A DNA stretch of 64,000 nucleotides, taken from assembly GCA_026936335.1 (NCBI GenBank), contig JAPMXV010000051.1, positions 1 to 64,000 on the forward strand. Direction: 5' to 3'. A model generated the notes under the pieces. It had not been told where the DNA came from, did no database searches, and saw nothing but the letters and a program-made list of their open reading frames with translations. The position numbers and the translations under genes are program-made. Positions 10,801 to 23,281 of the stretch are shown one piece after another; position 1 is the first letter of the stretch; the number at the start of each line of letters is the position of its first letter. The DNA comes from Mantamonas sphyraenae STR306 (taxonomy: Eukaryota > Protista > CRuMs).

Positions 10801-13800
10801 GCATGTCCACGTGCGCAAAGTGCTCTACAGGCACGTACACCAGTGACCATGGTGGTACAGCGTGTGTCACGTGTGATCTAGGCACGTGGAACGAGGATCC
10901 AGGATCCACAACGTGTCACGGCTGCCCACCCGGCTCCCACCGTGATCAGTTCTCCCAAAAAGGGTGTGTCCCATGTGCGGCGGGCTCCATTGCCGACAGT
11001 TACGGCAATGTGGAGTGTCAAAGATGCAACGACACGACGTACAGCTCGTCGAATGCAACGAGCTGCTACGCGTGCACAGCCACGGACACCGCGTGCAACT
11101 GCCCCGCGGCGTCGACGTGGTCCAACGGCGCTTGTGTCACCTGCTCCTACGTACACTTCCCCCAGACATTCCAGGCTCGTGCGACATTTTGCAACGTGCG
11201 CAACGTGAGCGCATCAGCTTCGCAGCTGCTGGCTCCCGCCGAAGTACTACCAGGCACAAGTGACCACGTGGACGTGCGAGTCTTTGTGAACACATGGTAC
11301 GACGATGCTTCGCCGGTCAACACCAGCTTGACACCCAAAGCAGAAGACGTGCGTGTCCGAGTGGACGGTGCGTTGCCGGGCGAGCCCTGCACACGCCTGA
11401 ACGCCTCCACGTACACGTGCACTCTACCTTCTGTGAGCGTCGGTGACCACATAGTGGCGGCTTCCATCCAGGATGTGATGCTGCCACCGACTCAACTGCG
11501 CTCTGTGCGTGTCCCTCAACCACAATTTGCATTCACAGAAGCTTCGCCGGCGCTTGTGGAGGCTTCACGCACCAGTACGGTCATTACAATCGCTGGATCC
11601 AACCTAAACTGTCTTTCACAGGCACGTGGTGACTCTGTGTGCTTTGGGGTGCCCGTGAATGCGTGTGTGCCGTTTGCAGCGCGCGGGAACAATCTGCTGC
11701 AGGTGAATAACCCAGGTTGGATGTCTGCCAACGCCTCAGCCGTGGTTGACCTGTCTGTGCAGAGCTCTGGCCCATGCGCACTTGCATCCACTGTCAACGT
11801 CACCCTGTACGCGACGCCTGTCGCAGATTCCATCGATGAGGCAACTTTGGATCGCGAACGTGGCCGTTTCGTGATCAAAGGCCACCACTTGTGGTTCCCA
11901 GGCGCGCAGGCGCAGCTCAAGGTGCACTATGCAGCCGACTTCCCCGACGATCTCCTGCCGCAGTGCATGTTTCATGCGTCGTTCATCGCGTGCGAGTACA
12001 CGCGCCTGGCCACGGTGGGTGTGATCACACTTGCGGTGTCCCTAGACGGAGGACGTGTGTGGACGTCGTTCACCGCGTTGGATCTGCGTGTGACCATCCG
12101 TCGCTCGGAGTACTGTTCGGGAACTGTGCAGATGCCTGCGTTTGCAGATCTGCTGGGTGGACCGGACACACCGTCGCTCCCGGATCTGCTCAACAGCACA
12201 CGTGCCTCGGTTTTGTCGCACTCTACGTGGACAATGGCGACACAGGGCAGAGTGGGCGATCTCTTTGATGGCGACATGTGCTGCACGGCCAATGGCACCG
12301 AGTTGGAGTGCGGCGTGACGTTTCCGCCACAGGTTGAATCGCTGCTGGAAGTCAACTTTGGCACGCCTCACGGATCATGGGTCACACATACACTGGCGTC
12401 ATGGGCGAATCCTTGCGATCAGCAGCCCAGCACCTTTCTGTGGGAGTACAAGGGAGGCGCATTGGGTCCCGGGTGGCATCCTCTGTCCACGCGGAGGCTG
12501 TGCAACACGATCAACGGCGACACGCGCCCGTACGGGTTGTGTATGGATGTTTTCTCACCCATTGTGGTGGACGGCATGCGACTTCTCATCAAACCGGATG
12601 CACAGGCGACGATGAAGTACTGGCTGGTGGAGGCACAAGTCAATGGCCTGTCTGTGGATGCACCATACGACCTTCGTGCGACTTATTGCGACGGCCTCAA
12701 GCAAGCAAACATCACTAGCGAAAGAGTCAACACCGTCCCGGCCGTGTGTGCCCAAGTCGTCAATATCCAGGGCCATTCGTTGTCCCTGGCGGGTCTGGAC
12801 GTACAAGCAGCGGTTTACACCTCCAACGGCTTGCTGATGACCCATGTGCAAACAGATGGGAATGGACAGGCGCGTTTCGACTCGATGTCGGCTGGGCAGA
12901 ACCTCCGTGCGGGACCGGTGTACGTGCGCGTGGGATTGCAGGATTCTGTTCAAACCGCACGTGCAGTGAGCCTGGATTTGCAGGTGCTTGCAGGCACTCC
13001 TGTGGCTGTGGCCATGGAAGCCACGGGCAACCTTTCGGTCGTGGCATCGGCGTCGGTGCGCATTCCTGAATTGTCTGCGCAGCTGCTGGACAGTGGCGGC
13101 AACAAAGTCGGTGCACGCGACACAGAAGCAAGACAGCTGTGGGTGGAATTGGGCGTGGATAGAGACCGTGTGGGATCTGCCAAAGTGGTGGATGGGGCCG
13201 CAGTGGTGGACAACGTGATGCTCGCTCGGCCGAGGGCAGGAATGACCTTTTTGCGGGCATCGGTGGATGGTGTCGCCGCACGATCCAACAGCGTGCCGTT
13301 GATGGTGTATGCAGGCGATGCGAGTGCGCTGGAGGTGAGTTGGATTGGAAGCAACACGACTGCGTGTGCCACGTCGACGCGTTTGCCCGTGCTTCGCGTG
13401 CAGTTGACCGACGCCGTTGGCAATGTGGTGGACGTGGAACATGACAACTTGGGCAATGTGACCGCACACGTGCAGGGATGGCCGGCAAACAAGGTGAGCC
13501 ACGCTGTGGAGGCGGATGGAAGTGTTGTGCTGCCGGTCATCTCCAATGTCGTGCTGCCTCATGGGCTGCACAAGATCGTGGTGGCGTACGCCAACAAACA
13601 GCAGACGTTGGTGACTGATGTTGTGCCAGGCCCTGCAACAGGCTACAGTGGCGGCGAGGGAGGCGTTGATGTGCGTGTCGCCGCAACGGTGACCCTTCCA
13701 ACCGTGCAGTTGCAAGCCGTAGATGCGTCACAAAAGCCAACGACCATCTTCCCGGCGAGTGGTGGAGGAGGAGATCGTGCGGGTGAGGCTGTGTTGAAGG

Positions 13801-16400
13801 TGTGCCAAAGTGGCACACGGGCAGTGATGACGCCAAAGACGGTGGCGTTTGCAGGTAGGCCAACCCTCGATGGGATCACCCTGACTGAGCTGAGTGTGGG
13901 TGAGACCACACTGTGTCTCATGGGTGGGTGGATGACACATGGATGGCAACTCCAGGTGCGCGTTGCACCAGGAATGGGTGTGCGAATGGACGTCCGATGC
14001 GATCGCCAGATCATCGGCAGTGCCCAAAATGTGCCATTGCCGTGTGTGCTGGATATTGTAGATGCAAGCGGCCACAGTGCGGGTGTGTGGCCCGATGCAC
14101 GTGGTGGCGAGGCACAATTGCCCGGTTTCCCTCCCTTGCCATTGCATCCGCAGCAGATGGGAGCGCCCGTGGCTGTAAATGGCACATGGTGGCTCTCATG
14201 GCCCAAGTACCAAACTCTGGCTATGTCAGTGGTGGTTGTGTGGGCAGACGAAACCCGGTGGGCGACCCAAACGCCACCCGAGATTCGTGTTTGGGCAGGA
14301 AAACCTGTGGAACTGGTCGTGGTCAACGCCGACAACTTTGTACGACTGCCCTCGCAAAAGTGGCCACGGCTTGTGGTGGTGCAATTTCGCGACGGGGCTG
14401 GGAACGTGCTGCGATGTGACCAACTTCCAAACGGAGGCAGGCTTGTGCCTGTGCACGTGGACGGTGTCAGGCTGCAGGAGGAGGAGGCACGCCTTGGATG
14501 CGATGTTTTGGTGCGCACAGATGCGTTGCCGCTCTTGAAGCTGGAAACGCAGCGGAGTGTGAACGTGAGCTCGATGGGACTCGAAACACGACTGAGTGTG
14601 TCCACGAGCAACTGCAGCGAGGTTTACAACACACCCAGTGCGGTGCCGATGAGGGGAAGAGACGATGGGTGTGGTTGTGTTGCGGGCACGGGCTATGTGC
14701 CTGGAGAGGGAGAACGTGCGCCGACGTGTGTGCCGTGTGGCCAGGGTAGGTACAGTGTGGGCGACGACAAAGCTCGGTGCATATCATGTCCGCTGGGACT
14801 GAGCACAAAGGGAGCCGAGAGCACGAGCCGACTGGACTGTGTGTGTGGAGAGGGGCAGTATCTGCGGAGCGATGGCAAGACATGCGAGACGTGTGAAACG
14901 CGTGTGTTTCAGTGCAACGGGACAGGCGTGCGGCAGGTGCAGGTCGGCTACTATCAGTTCGAAGAGGGCAGTGGGCAGGCATACGCATGCCCGATGCGGC
15001 AGGCTTGTCAGCCAGGTGGGTGTGCAAAGGGGTTCACAGGGACGCTGTGCGGCGAGTGTGCAAAGGGGTACGGACGAGCAGGCGACGGATGCACGGTGTG
15101 CAATGCACACGGAGTGGATGTGGCGTTGGTTGTCGTGAGTGCAGTGCTGGGCGTGGGTGCGCTGGCGTGGTTTGTGCACGCGTACATGACGCCCGGGAGG
15201 ATTGTGTTTGACGAGACGGGAAGAGTCGAGTCGAGCGTGTGGGCAGCGCCACCTGTGCTGGTGGCCAAGATTGCTCTGAACCACATGCAGGCGCTGAGTG
15301 TGCTGACGGCAGTGCAGGTTGTGTGGGGCGAAGGCGCGCGCGCAATGTTTGCTGTGACATCGTTGTCGACCGCAGCACCCGGTGCAGATTTGGCGCCGAT
15401 GAACTGTATATTTGACAACCCGAGGCTGGATGTGTGGTTTCTGGCATACGCCGCGATGCCAGTCATGACGCTTGCGGTGGCGGTTGCAGTGCGGTGGGGA
15501 TGGAAGCGTGCACGCGAGCGGATTGGGGTGGCGCCTGTGGTGAGAATCATTTCTTTTGTGATGCACTTGTCTGTGCTGCGGCTGACAGTGGAGCTACTGA
15601 CGGGATGTCGACGTGTGGGGCCGGTTGCTGTCAACTTTTTCGACACGCGGCTGGACTGCGAGACGGATGCGACCAAGGGGATACAGGCGGCGGTGGCGGT
15701 GGTGGGTTTTGCACAGTGTGTGGCGGTGCCTTTGGGAGTGCTTGTGAGGCTGGTGGGGCATGCGAGGGCAAAACGGCTGCATGCGCGTGAGGTGTGGGAT
15801 GGCTACCACTTCTTTTACGAGTCGTACCGGCCCGCCTGCTACTGGTACGATTGGGTCATCCTCACGCGAAAGAGTGCGCTCATGGCAGTGGCGGTGGTGT
15901 TGGTGGACGCGCCTGTGGCACAGCTGTATGCAGCGGCGACAGTGGTCCTTGTGGCGCTGGTGGTGCAGCAGTGGCTCTCGCCGTATCGCTATCGTGTGTT
16001 GACGATGATCGAGACGTTGAGTTTGATGGTCATGCTGGGTTCGCTGCAGACGGCGATGGTGTCGTTGGGGGAAGGGGCGGATGTGGGATTTGTCGTCCTC
16101 AACGCCTTGTTTTTGGGGCTGGTGGGTGGACTGGCGGTGACGCTGGGTGTGCGAAGAGTAGCAAGAGGGATGAAGCAGGTGAGATGGAGGGGACATGAGG
16201 TAGATGAAGATGGGGAGGAGGTGGCGGTGGGTGGGGAGGTGAGTGGAGGGCTGATCGGCGTGGGTGGAGAGGTGGCCGGAGGCGGCGGTAAGTGGCTAGA
16301 GATGGTTGGGTTGGGTGGCGCGAGGAGGCAGAATGGGGAAAGGGGGGTGGGGTTGTTGGAGGACCAAGATGAGTGGGTGGATGGGGAGGAAGGGAAATGA
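4808..16400 (+). CDS. Giant (~3860 aa) cell-surface protein: signal peptide, EGF-like, SBBP-like beta-propeller, long GCC2/GCC3 (ephrin-receptor-like Cys-rich) array, IPT/Ig-like domains, C-terminal multi-pass TM domain
   Basis: Signal peptide MHTASFTTLTTLCLLLLCCAFHSHA. One frameshift at ~5290-5345 links to ORF 5199-16400. Dozens of CxxCxxG(T/S)(F/Y) repeats at ~7350-11150. TM region with KIALNHMQ and FFYESYRPACYWYDWVILTRK. Confidence 0.88.
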
Positions 16401-16451
16401 AATGGATTTGGCGCCCCCAAACGGCTCGGGCATCCCCGTTGATGCACACCC

Positions 16452-19400
16452 CTACTCCAACGCCTTCAACCCCCTCTTCCCCCTCACACTCCCCTTCTTC
16501 GCCCTCACACTCCCAAACCGATCCTCCACCTGCACCTTCTCCACCTCGGCATCCTGCAACGCAACCTTGCCCTTCTTCCCTCCCGCATCTCCCCCCTTCT
16601 TCCCAATGTCATCCATCTCCACCTTGCCCATCTCAGCGTCCTCCTCCACGGGCTCCTGACACCACCCGCAGCAGCCGCACACGCTGCAACACTCGATGCA
16701 CGTGCAACACTTGCCTCCTCCGTCGCGCTGCCGCGTCTCCACGCGGTCGTAGGCACACCCGCACATCTTCTGAAAGCACTGGCGCTTGACCCCCTGGTAG
16801 ATTCCGTTCAGCACAATGATCCCCAGGCCCATCATGCCCGTCACCCAGAACCGCGTGATGGTCTCGTCCGAAGCGTTGCCCTGGTTTGGATCCGGCTCCA
16901 CCGTCGTCACAAACGCAAGCAACGCCGACGTGCCCAACACCCCAGCCGTGCCCTGCGCAACCTTGATCCACCGCGGCACCGTCGACACCATGTCTTCGTC
17001 TTCGTCCTCCCCACGCACAATCTGCACCGCGCTCACAATCATCATGATCACCGTGCCCAGCACGCTCACCACACTCACCACAGACATGACTAGCTCCTCC
17101 GTCTCGTTCAGGTCCGCCTCGTTCACAAGCAGGCCCGTCGCAAGCACAATCAACGTGGCCAACCCTCCGACCACTTCCACCCTGTTGTTCTGCACGCTCG
17201 TAAACGGCCTCTTCCACAGCGCAAACGCCATCGACGCAAGCGTCACCACCATGATGGCCATAATCGGCAGCGACGGGTTTTCCACCGGACGCAAGTACAC
17301 CACGCGCACAAACACCGTCGTGATCAGCTTGCGCAGCAGCACCGCCAGCTCGTAGTACCATGTGTCCTCCTTGAACCGGTTGTACAGGAAGCCAAACCGG
17401 TTGTACACGCGCTGGTCGTCCAGATCTTTCCGGTAGTACCGCAGCACGCCCAGAAACACCACCGGTACGCCAATCACAAGCGTAAACACGCCAAAGATGC
17501 TGATGCTGGTTGCTTGCGTGTACGTGCGGTACCCCACGTCCGTGTCGCTGTTCAGATTCACGTTGCCCTCGTAGCAGACAAACTGCGGGTATGCGTTCCA
17601 AGTGCTCAGCGCTCCCGACGACGTGCGTGTGCAATCGTACACCTTGAGCACCTGGTTCGCCAGAAAGATGTATCCAAACGACAGCACCTGCACAAAGATG
17701 TTGATCGCTGCGCTCAGCATCTTTTGCTGAGTGTCCACGCTCACCCGCAGGCACTTGCTCAGCAACCGTGCAAGCATCTGCGTCACAAACAGGCTGTTGA
17801 ACAGCATGAACGGCGCACTCACATACACAAAGTAGTCCTGGATTGGGCTCCAGTCGTTGCTCACGCACTCCGGCGCCACCAGCAGCTCCAGATTGAGGTT
17901 GAACACAGACAGGAAGCTGAACATCTGCGTCATCAGGTCGGGCCAATCCACGTCCAGCGACACCATGATGCTCACAATCTGGAAAAAGGTCAACCCGACG
18001 CTGATCAGACCCGAGATCGCCTTGCCGTTCTTGCCAAACTTGGCCCAGAGCAGACTCAACCCGGCAATCGCCACAATCGCCAGGAGCACACGCAACAACG
18101 AGACCTCCAGCGAGCACTGGAAGCACTTGTCGCCCAGTCGGTAGTATCCCTGCGCGCACTGTGCGCACTGGAAGCCCATGTACCCTGTGGAACACACGCC
18201 CATCAGCCGGTTCCCTTCGCACGACCCCTCCAGCGGGCAGTCGAGCTCGACGTTCGTGCCGCTGGGGCCCTGTGGGAAGCAGTATCTGCCTGCTGGGCAG
18301 CACAGCCGATGGCGAATGGCAAACTCGCTCGGCCGGCTGCAGTCCACAAAGTCGCTTTCGATGCGAACGCGGCAGCTGCCAAAATCGTTGACGCTCTCGT
18401 AGTTGGTCAGAGCAAACACCATCGTGCCGGCCTCGTACTCGTTGGTAATCATCCCCACAATCGACCGTTCGAGCGTCGCTCCCTCCTGCACGTTGTTGGC
18501 AAACTCCTCAAAGAACGCCGTGTACTTGCTCTGGCCTGCCACGCGGGTGTGCTTCTCCAGCTTGAAGCGACCTCCAAACGCGGTGCCCGGGTACGCATCG
18601 ATCCCAAATTCGTCGCCCAGGCTGTTGTAGTTGGGCACGAGCTTGATTTGCAGGCCTGTCGAGTCCAGTGGCAGCTCCGTGGTCTGGTGCAGCGGCGACG
18701 CCGTCGTGTTGCTGATGCGCAGCGTGCCCTGGATGTCCAGCTTTGGCGAGAGCACAAATATCATCCGCGACGCCACCGCCTTGTTTGCTCGGGGCAACAG
18801 GCGAAACATGCGCCCGCCTCGGTGCAGCTGAGCGGCAAATGTGCACTGCGAAGTCTGCATCGGATCCACCACAACCACCACCGCGTGGTTGACCGTCTTG
18901 AACTCGCTCACCTGCGGCATGTCCACGCACGTGGTGAACATGTCCCCTGCGTTCAGCGGCCGCCAGCCCGACAGCCGGTAGTGGCCGCCGATCACCGAAG
19001 TGGCCTTGCTGGCGTACGCAGGGTTGTCGCACTTGTTGCGCCCACAGCAAGCATACTCGCCTGCGTTGCGCACGCACTGGCACCGTTCCTCGACTGCGTT
19101 CTCCTCTGTATCCGCCTTGCTCTGCATGCTGTACACGCTGTCCGAGAACCGCATCGGCTGCTGCAGCAGATGCGAGTTGTTCTGCATCGGCTTGACCTGG
19201 TATCCCAGGTTGTGTTGCGCGTACTCTTGCACTTGCTTGAGCTGTTTAGGGTCCAACGAAGCCGTCCGAGAGCCGTACTCGTTGCCACGCCCAAACGCAA
19301 CCGGGTCACGAGACGCTTGCTGGCCAGAGTACACATTGAACAGCGGATCTCCGTTCTGCACCACCGTCTGCGTATTGTCCACATTGGCACCTGTGCCAAT

Positions 19401-20739
19401 GTCCACAAACCACGCCACACCAGACGATGCGTCCTGTGTGTCCAGCGCCAGCGCGCTGTGCCAAGTGCGCGTCGCACCCGGGTTGATGTCCAGGCGCATC
19501 ATGCGCTGCGTGTTGTCGCTTCGCTGCCGCAGACCCAGGATCATCATCTGCCGGTCTTCGTCCACGTGCAGCGAGTAGATATCCCACTCAGCGAGCAGCT
19601 TGTTGTTGCGTGCTGACTGTGCAAGGTTGGCAAGGTCCACTGCGTTGATCGTTGCAAACGTTTGCGACTGCAGCTCGTACACAATGGGACCCGAGCTGTT
19701 GAACTGCGCAAGTGCAAGAAACACAGAGCGCGTGTTGCGATTGTACGCCATGCCCACGAGCACCTGGCGAGGATCAAACACACGCCGTGTCGTCAGCGGC
19801 GTGATGGACAAGGTCGGGTTCGGCAGCGAGACAGGCAACGAGTACACCACATGCACATATGCGTTCTGCATGCCCATGGGCGTGCTCTTTGGCTGTGCAA
19901 TGATGTGCGTGAGGAGCCGCTGGTAGGGCTCGACCCAGATTGGCGCGTGGATTTGGCGCCCGCCAGTAGGCATCCCGCTGAACTGGCTCCGTGCGTTCTG
20001 GTCGGTGACGCGGAACTTGAAGCTGGCCGACTGCAGGATAGGGTCGGAAAAGTTGTTGTGCAGCGTATTCCAGTCCAGGATGGCGATTGTTGCGTTGGCG
20101 TGGTCAATGGTCGCGTGCGTGTACATGTGCTCCGCCAGCTGGCGACGAATCGCCGCGTCGTTGGTGCTCCAGTCCGTCGACCAGGTGTTTTCCGTCAGAT
20201 CAATCGTAGGGTCGGTGATAGGCAGGTCACGCGGCAGCGGAAGCAGCCGTGTGTACGGCTGCCCCGTCTGCTTCGCTTCAGCGTGCAGCACCAGCACGTG
20301 CGTCGACGGCACATTGGTGTCGTACGTCACGTTGGGAATCACGCCCATGCCAAACGCTTCCAGGTGGTCTGTCGATGGCGTCGACTGAAGAAACTGCAGT
20401 GTCGTGACCAGATGGCCCGGCGTGAACGTGTACAGGTTCAGCACCTGATCCAGCACAATCATGAGCTCCGCGTTGCGGTCGCTGCTCTCTGTCAGCATCC
20501 GCGGCACAGTGAGCATCGCCATCGCCCGAGCTTGCGTCCCGTTTGCATACACTGTCGTCGGCGAAAGTGGTCGTGCGCAGCGTCGTGGTCGGGCATGAAT
20601 AGATCGACGACGACTTGATCTCCACGTACGACGTCAAACATGTCTGATGAAACTTGTTGCTGTCGCTCGAATCTTGTGCGCTGCTCAACAACACGGTGAC
20701 CACAAGGAGAACAAGCAACCGCACAGGAATTCGTGTCAT
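16452..20739 (-). CDS. Signal-peptide, Cys-rich, multi-pass TM receptor-like protein (same C-terminal TM family as the preceding gene)
   Basis: Signal peptide MTRIPVRLLVLLVVTVLLSSAQ; frameshift between ~20553 and 20635; CSTGYMGFQCAQCAQGYY; ISVGLTFFQIVS; RFGFLYNRFKEDTWYYELAVLLRKL; Cys-rich cytoplasmic tail. Confidence 0.85.
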
Positions 20740-21380
20740 CGTCCCGACTCTGCTACCCCGCAAACTGTGTCAGTGGGCCGCCCACGCCCCCTCATTCCAA
20801 CTCAGCACACTCTACTCTGTCCCTAATGTGTTTCCATCGTATGCACATGCATGACCGCGCCGGACATGACGAGTGTGCAGACACGAAGAAACGGCCGCCA
20901 ACGCTTTCGACACGCATGTGCCAATGTGACCACTTGGACACACATTGTCCAACCACGGGCCTCCATGCGCGGTCTCTAGCAAACACGACGCACACACAAA
21001 GACTCTTTCGCCTCCCATGCACCACGTCAGCCCGACCAAGCACGAAAACGGCCGCGCGCCCCGCCAAGCCTCCGGGCCTCCTCTCCACGCCACAACACGT
21101 ACACCCACCCAACGCCCACCAAGAGCACCGTCACATACATTCCCAGGGCCGTCCCCCCCCACACACAAAACACCCACCGCATGCACCCCCAATCCGTGTT
21201 CCCGACCTGCGCCCACACTCCCGCAACCTCCCGCCCACCCCCTCCCACCAACCCCCCTCCTCCCTCCCCTCCCCCCACCTACCCCCCCCCCCTCCCCCAA
21301 CCAACCACCAACCAACCAACCCCCTCTCCTCACCTGGTCACCAAAACAATTGGCGCAGTCCTCGCCAACCAAAACCCCAC

Positions 21381-23254
21381 ATGTCCTCTCGACGGACAAG
21401 GTCCAGCTGCTGTTGGAGCAGGAGGAGTCTCGAGAGAATGCAGACGACACGGAAACCACCACCGAGACGACGGCAACGACAGAGATTGACGAGCAGGGGC
21501 GCCTGGTGACCACCATCACCACGGTCACCCGCAGCGTGTCTGCTCCCAACCGCAACCTGTATGCATCCGAAGCCCACCAGGCGCTGGCGTCCAAGATCCA
21601 CGGGATGTGTGCTGCGTTTGCTCCCGTCCCAATGGCCACGGGCCAGCAGGACGACGCCGAAGAAGACGACGAAGTCGGCCTGGAATCCTTGCCAAACACA
21701 GCCATGCAGGTTCTGGCGCTCCACCTGTCCGCAGCCGACGTCGCCGCAGTCGCCTGCACCTCCCGCAAGCTGCACGACCTCGTGGACGACTCTGTGTTTG
21801 CCATCCTGCTCGAGCGTGACTTTCTGCACCCGCAGACTGCCCCGCGCAACGAAGCCGAGGAAGCCGCCGCTGCCGCCGCCGCGGTCCGTTCCGCCCGCAA
21901 GGATGACTCGGAGCCCATGCAGCAGCTGCGCAGGGGCTCTGTCAATTCCGTAGGGCTCCCCACCTTGCCCTACGACGAAGAGGAGCTCTCCGTCGCCTTC
22001 TTTGACGAGCATCCACACCTGTTTCTTCGCGTCCGCGACTTGACTCGCATCAACCGCAACGCCTCCTTGGCCTCCCGCATGCAGAAGCAGCGTGCACGCG
22101 CCACAGAGTCCGTCCAGGAGAAACGACGCCGAGAGCTGCGCGAGAGCCGCATCACCCTGCAGAATGTGTGGGAGCTGTACGCAAACTACGGCCTCCTTCC
22201 CGCACGACAGGCCTACGTCGCCCTCTTCCTCGAGCGCATCCACGTCGCCAATGACGTCGTCGATGCCGCCAAGCTCTACAATGGCTCTTCCCAACAGACT
22301 CTGGACCGCTGGTCCGGCATTTTGTGCAACTACCAGCCCGTCACCACGCTGGCCTTTGCCCTCGCCGTCCTCTCTCCCCTGCCCCTCCTCGTGCTGTACT
22401 TTACCATCACGGGCAAGCTCGACGGCGCTGTCGTTGGCTCCTGGCAAGACGTGTTTGCACCCCTCTACGTGCCCCTCCTTGTGTTTAGCGGCGCCCTCGC
22501 TGTCGGCGTCGCCTGGCACACCATCCGCAGGTTGTACCAGCGCGCAAAAGCCGTCCAAGATGTCTCCTGGTCCACCATGCTTTCCTACGTCCTCTTTGCC
22601 CCCATCAGCACCGCCTTCATCATGGCCGCTGTCCTGACCCTGCTCATCCCTGTCCACTCCCTGCCCCTGACCGCCATGGCCAAGCTCAACGGCCAAATCT
22701 CCTGGTCCTGGAGCTGGGTGTTGATGCAGGCCACCGCAAGCAATGGCCTCATGGTCGTTGTGGCTGCACTCACCTTTTTCTGCACCAAGGGTGCTGTCGA
22801 CGCCTCCTACAAGGCCGCGGCCGTGCTGATGGGCACTGGTTCCGCCACGTTCTGGGCTGAGTGGGGCCTGTGGTTGGACAAGAGCCCTGTGGCTGTGTCC
22901 CCGTCTGTGCTGGGCCTCATCCTTTTCCTCACCTACCTGCTGGCCCCCATCCCGCTCTACCTGGGCATGCGCCGCGACCGCAAAGTGCACAACGCCGAAG
23001 GCGTCCTGCTCAGCGTCTATGTTCTTCTGTTGCCCCTCGGCGTGGGCGCCATTCTCATCGGTGCCAAAGAGGAAGGCATCCTCCAGGCGTCGTACACCGT
23101 CGCCGGCTTACCCATGCTCATTTCCTTTGCCGTCATGGTGTGGCTCGCCTGCACAGGTGTGCTGTGGGGCTACAAGCGCGCCCTGGCCCTCCAAAACAAT
23201 CGCAGGCGAGGCTATGAGTGGCCCTTTGCCGACGCCTGCTGTGGCTTGGTGTAA
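21381..23254 (+). CDS. F-box protein fused to TMEM185-like multi-pass membrane domain (copy 1)
   Basis: F-box LESLPNTAMQVLALHLSAADVAAVACTSRKL; TM-hairpin repeats GKLDGAVVGSWQDVFAPLY and AKLNGQISWSWSW. Start is uncertain: ATG 21381 needs a 1-nt correction, and the open frame extends to 20945 through C-rich sequence. Confidence 0.8.
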
Positions 23255-23281
23255 CCAAATACATTGTCTTGTCATTCACTT

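Noticed and set aside
7350-11150. Repetitive region as satellite, CRISPR-like array or mobile element
   Set aside because: Repeats are degenerate at DNA level and explained by Cys-rich protein repeats in one ORF; no repeat-spacer structure.
20945-21380. Pro-rich N-terminal extension of F-box copy 1
   Set aside because: Reads as a translation of C-rich intergenic sequence; the paralogues lack it. Not fully excluded.
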